A DNA stretch of 64,000 nucleotides from Octopus sinensis (Eukaryota). Position 1 is the first letter of the stretch. Each line of letters begins with the position of its first letter. The translations under genes were made by a program, and so were the position numbers. Positions 61,562 to 64,000 of this stretch are shown here, in pieces. Below the pieces are notes generated by a model. It worked only from the letters and a program-made list of their open reading frames with translations. It was not told the DNA's origin and ran no database searches. The stretch lies in assembly GCF_006345805.1 (NCBI RefSeq), contig NC_043015.1, forward strand, positions 19,406,001-19,470,000, in the 5' to 3' direction.

Positions 61562-64000
61562 TCATCATCATCATCATCATCATCATTTAGCGTCCATTTT
61601 CCATGCTAGCATGGGTTGGACGGTTCTACTGGGGTCTGTGAAGCCAGAAGGCTTCATCAGGCCCAGTCAAATCTGGCAGTGTTTCTACGGCTGGATGCTC
61701 TTCCTAACGCCAACCACTCCGTGAGTGTAGTGGGTGCTTTTTACGTGCCACCCGCACTGGTGCCAGACAGAGCTGGCAAACGGCCACGAACGGATGGTGC
61801 TTTTTATGTGCCACCGGCACGAGGGCCAGGCGAGGCTGGCAACGGACACGAAACGGGGCGGTGCTGGCAACGGTCGCGAAACGGAAAGTTCTCTTACATG
61901 CCACCGGCACTGGTAACACATCTGCAATTTCCATTGATCGATTTCCATTGATCGATTTCGATTCTGATCCTCACTTGCCTCAATGGGTCTTCAGAAGCAG
62001 AGTTTCGACATGCCACCGGCACTGGTAGCACATCCGCAATTTCCATTGATCGATTTCGATTCTGATCCTCACTTGCCTCAACACGTCTTCACAAGTAGAG
62101 TTTTGTGTCCCAAGAAGGGAAGGTATGCATACGTAGGCTGGCTCCATCCCATGTAGAAGGCCACGGGTTGTGGACTCACTTGTCCTGCCGGGTCATCTCG
62201 CACACAGCACACTTCCAGAGGTCTCGGTCTCTAGTCATTTCCTCAGTGAGACCTAAAGTTCGAAGGTCGTGCTTCACCACCTCGTCCCAGGTTTTCCTGG
62301 GTCTGCCTCTTCCACAGGTTCCCTCAACCGCTAGGGTGTGGCACTTTTTCACACAACTATCTTCATCCATTCTCGCCACATGACCATACCAGCGCAAACG
62401 TCTCTCTTGCACACCACAACTGATGCTTCTTAGGTCCAGCTTTTCTCTCAAGGTACTTACACTCTGCCGAGTGTGAGTACCGGCATTACACATCCATCGG
62501 AGCATACTGGCTTCATTTCTAGCGAGCTTACGCATATCCTCAGCAGTCACGGCCCATGTTTCACTGCCATGTAGCATGGCTGTTCGTACACACGCATCAT
62601 ACAGTCTGCCTTTCACTCTGTGCGAGAGGCCTTTTGTCACCAGCAGAGGTAAGAGCTCTCTGAACTTTGCCCAAGCTATTCTTACTCTAGCAGTTACACT
62701 TTCAGCACACCCGCCCCCGCTGCTGACTTGGTCACCTAGGTAACGGAAACTATCAACTATTTCTAGTTTTTCTCCCTGGAAAGTGACGGAAGTTGGTCTC
62801 AGAGCATTTTCAGTGTTTATTGTTCCTGAGCATCTGCCACATACAAAAACCATCTTCCTAGTTAGCCTTCCTTTGACATTGCTGCATCTCTTATGTGTCC
62901 ATAGCTTACACTTGGTGCATCTTATAGAGTTTCTACCTACACCTTTTCTACAGATCGAGCAGGGCCATCTACCTGAAGGTGTTTGTGATTTTTCTACCTT
63001 CCTACTGATTACGACTTTGGTTTTAGCTAGATTGACTCTGAGGCCCTTCGATTCTAATCCTTGTTTCCACACCTGAAACTTCTCCTCCAGTTCTGATAGC
63101 GACTCAGCAATTAGAGCAAGGTCATCAGCATAGAGGAGCTCCCAAGGGCATCCTGTCTTGAATTCCTCCGTTATTGCCTGGAGGACTAAGATAAATAGGA
63201 GGGGGCTGAGTACTGAGCCTTGGTGGACCCCTACCTCTACCCGGAATTCTTCACTGTACTCATTTCCAACCCTCACCCTACTAGCGGCGTCCCTATACAT
63301 GGCCCGCACAGCTCTCACTAACCATTCATCTATCCCTAGTTTTCTCATTGCCCACCAGATAAGGGATCGGGGGACCCTGTCGAAGGCTTTCTCCATGTCA
63401 ACAAAAGCCAGGTACAGGGGCTTATCTTTGGCTAGGTATTTCTCCTGCAGCTGCCTTACCAGGAATATAGCATCAGTAGTACTTTTCCCTGGCACAAACC
63501 CAAACTGCATCTCATCTAAACTAACTCTCTCTCTAATTAGTTGGGCTATGACCCTCTCCGTAACCTTCATCACCTGGTCCAACAGCTTGATACCTCTGTA
63601 GTTATTGTATCTAGGGCATCACCTTTACCTTTGTAGCAGTTGACTATTATACTGCTACACCAGTCATTGGGTATGACCCCTTTGTGTATCACCTGATTAA
63701 CTATATGGGTGACTAGGCTATAGCCGACACTACCAGACATTTTGAGCATCTCTGCAGTGATTCCTGATGGGCCTGGGGCTTTCCCTGTCTTCATGCTTCT
63801 AATTGCCTTAGCTACCACAGAACTATCAACTCGGATAGCCGGTCCCTCTGTTGGGTCAACATTCGGCAGACTCTCTTTATCCCATTCATTTTCTTCATTC
63901 AGCAACCTTTCATAGTGGCATCTCCAAACCTCTCTCTTTGCATCCTCATTTAGCGCAAGTGAACCATCTTCCATGCGAACACACTTCTCTCCTACCACAT
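61562..64000 (-). mobile_element. young RTE LINE (runs off the window), intronic, sense to PPM1L
   Basis: ORFs 63570-63998 and 62176-63582 (one frameshift at about 63600), 3' UTR and (GAT)n. Near-identical to 6414-8039. Confidence 0.95.

Overview
This is AT-rich animal genomic DNA. The repeat landscape (young RTE LINEs ending in (GAT)n, tRNA-derived SINEs, several Penelope families, multi-kb (TA)n tracts) suggests an octopus; that assignment is an inference. The only host gene I can support is the 3' end of a PP2C phosphatase (PPM1L-like, minus strand, exons 60464-60594 and 56122-56544). The rest is mobile DNA: pogo/Tigger and mariner transposons, at least 9 RTE copies or fragments, 4 Penelope-like elements, CR1-like fragments, a deleted Helitron, a CsRn1-type Gypsy, SINEs and microsatellites. 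Most short ORFs in the track are spurious. The most unusual structure is 16171-25195. It is bounded by direct repeats of a 364-bp, hairpin-rich unit that carries a type I hammerhead ribozyme with a compensated U3:A8 core (TTGATAA). It encloses two head-to-tail copies of an ORF1/gag-like zinc-knuckle gene and has no reverse transcriptase of its own; the second copy is interrupted by the Gypsy. Further hammerhead motifs from unrelated families lie at 36727-36785 (canonical), 44635-44679, 9257-9300 and in a tRNA-headed Penelope 3' UTR family. All alignments, counts and folds were done by eye and need computational confirmation.
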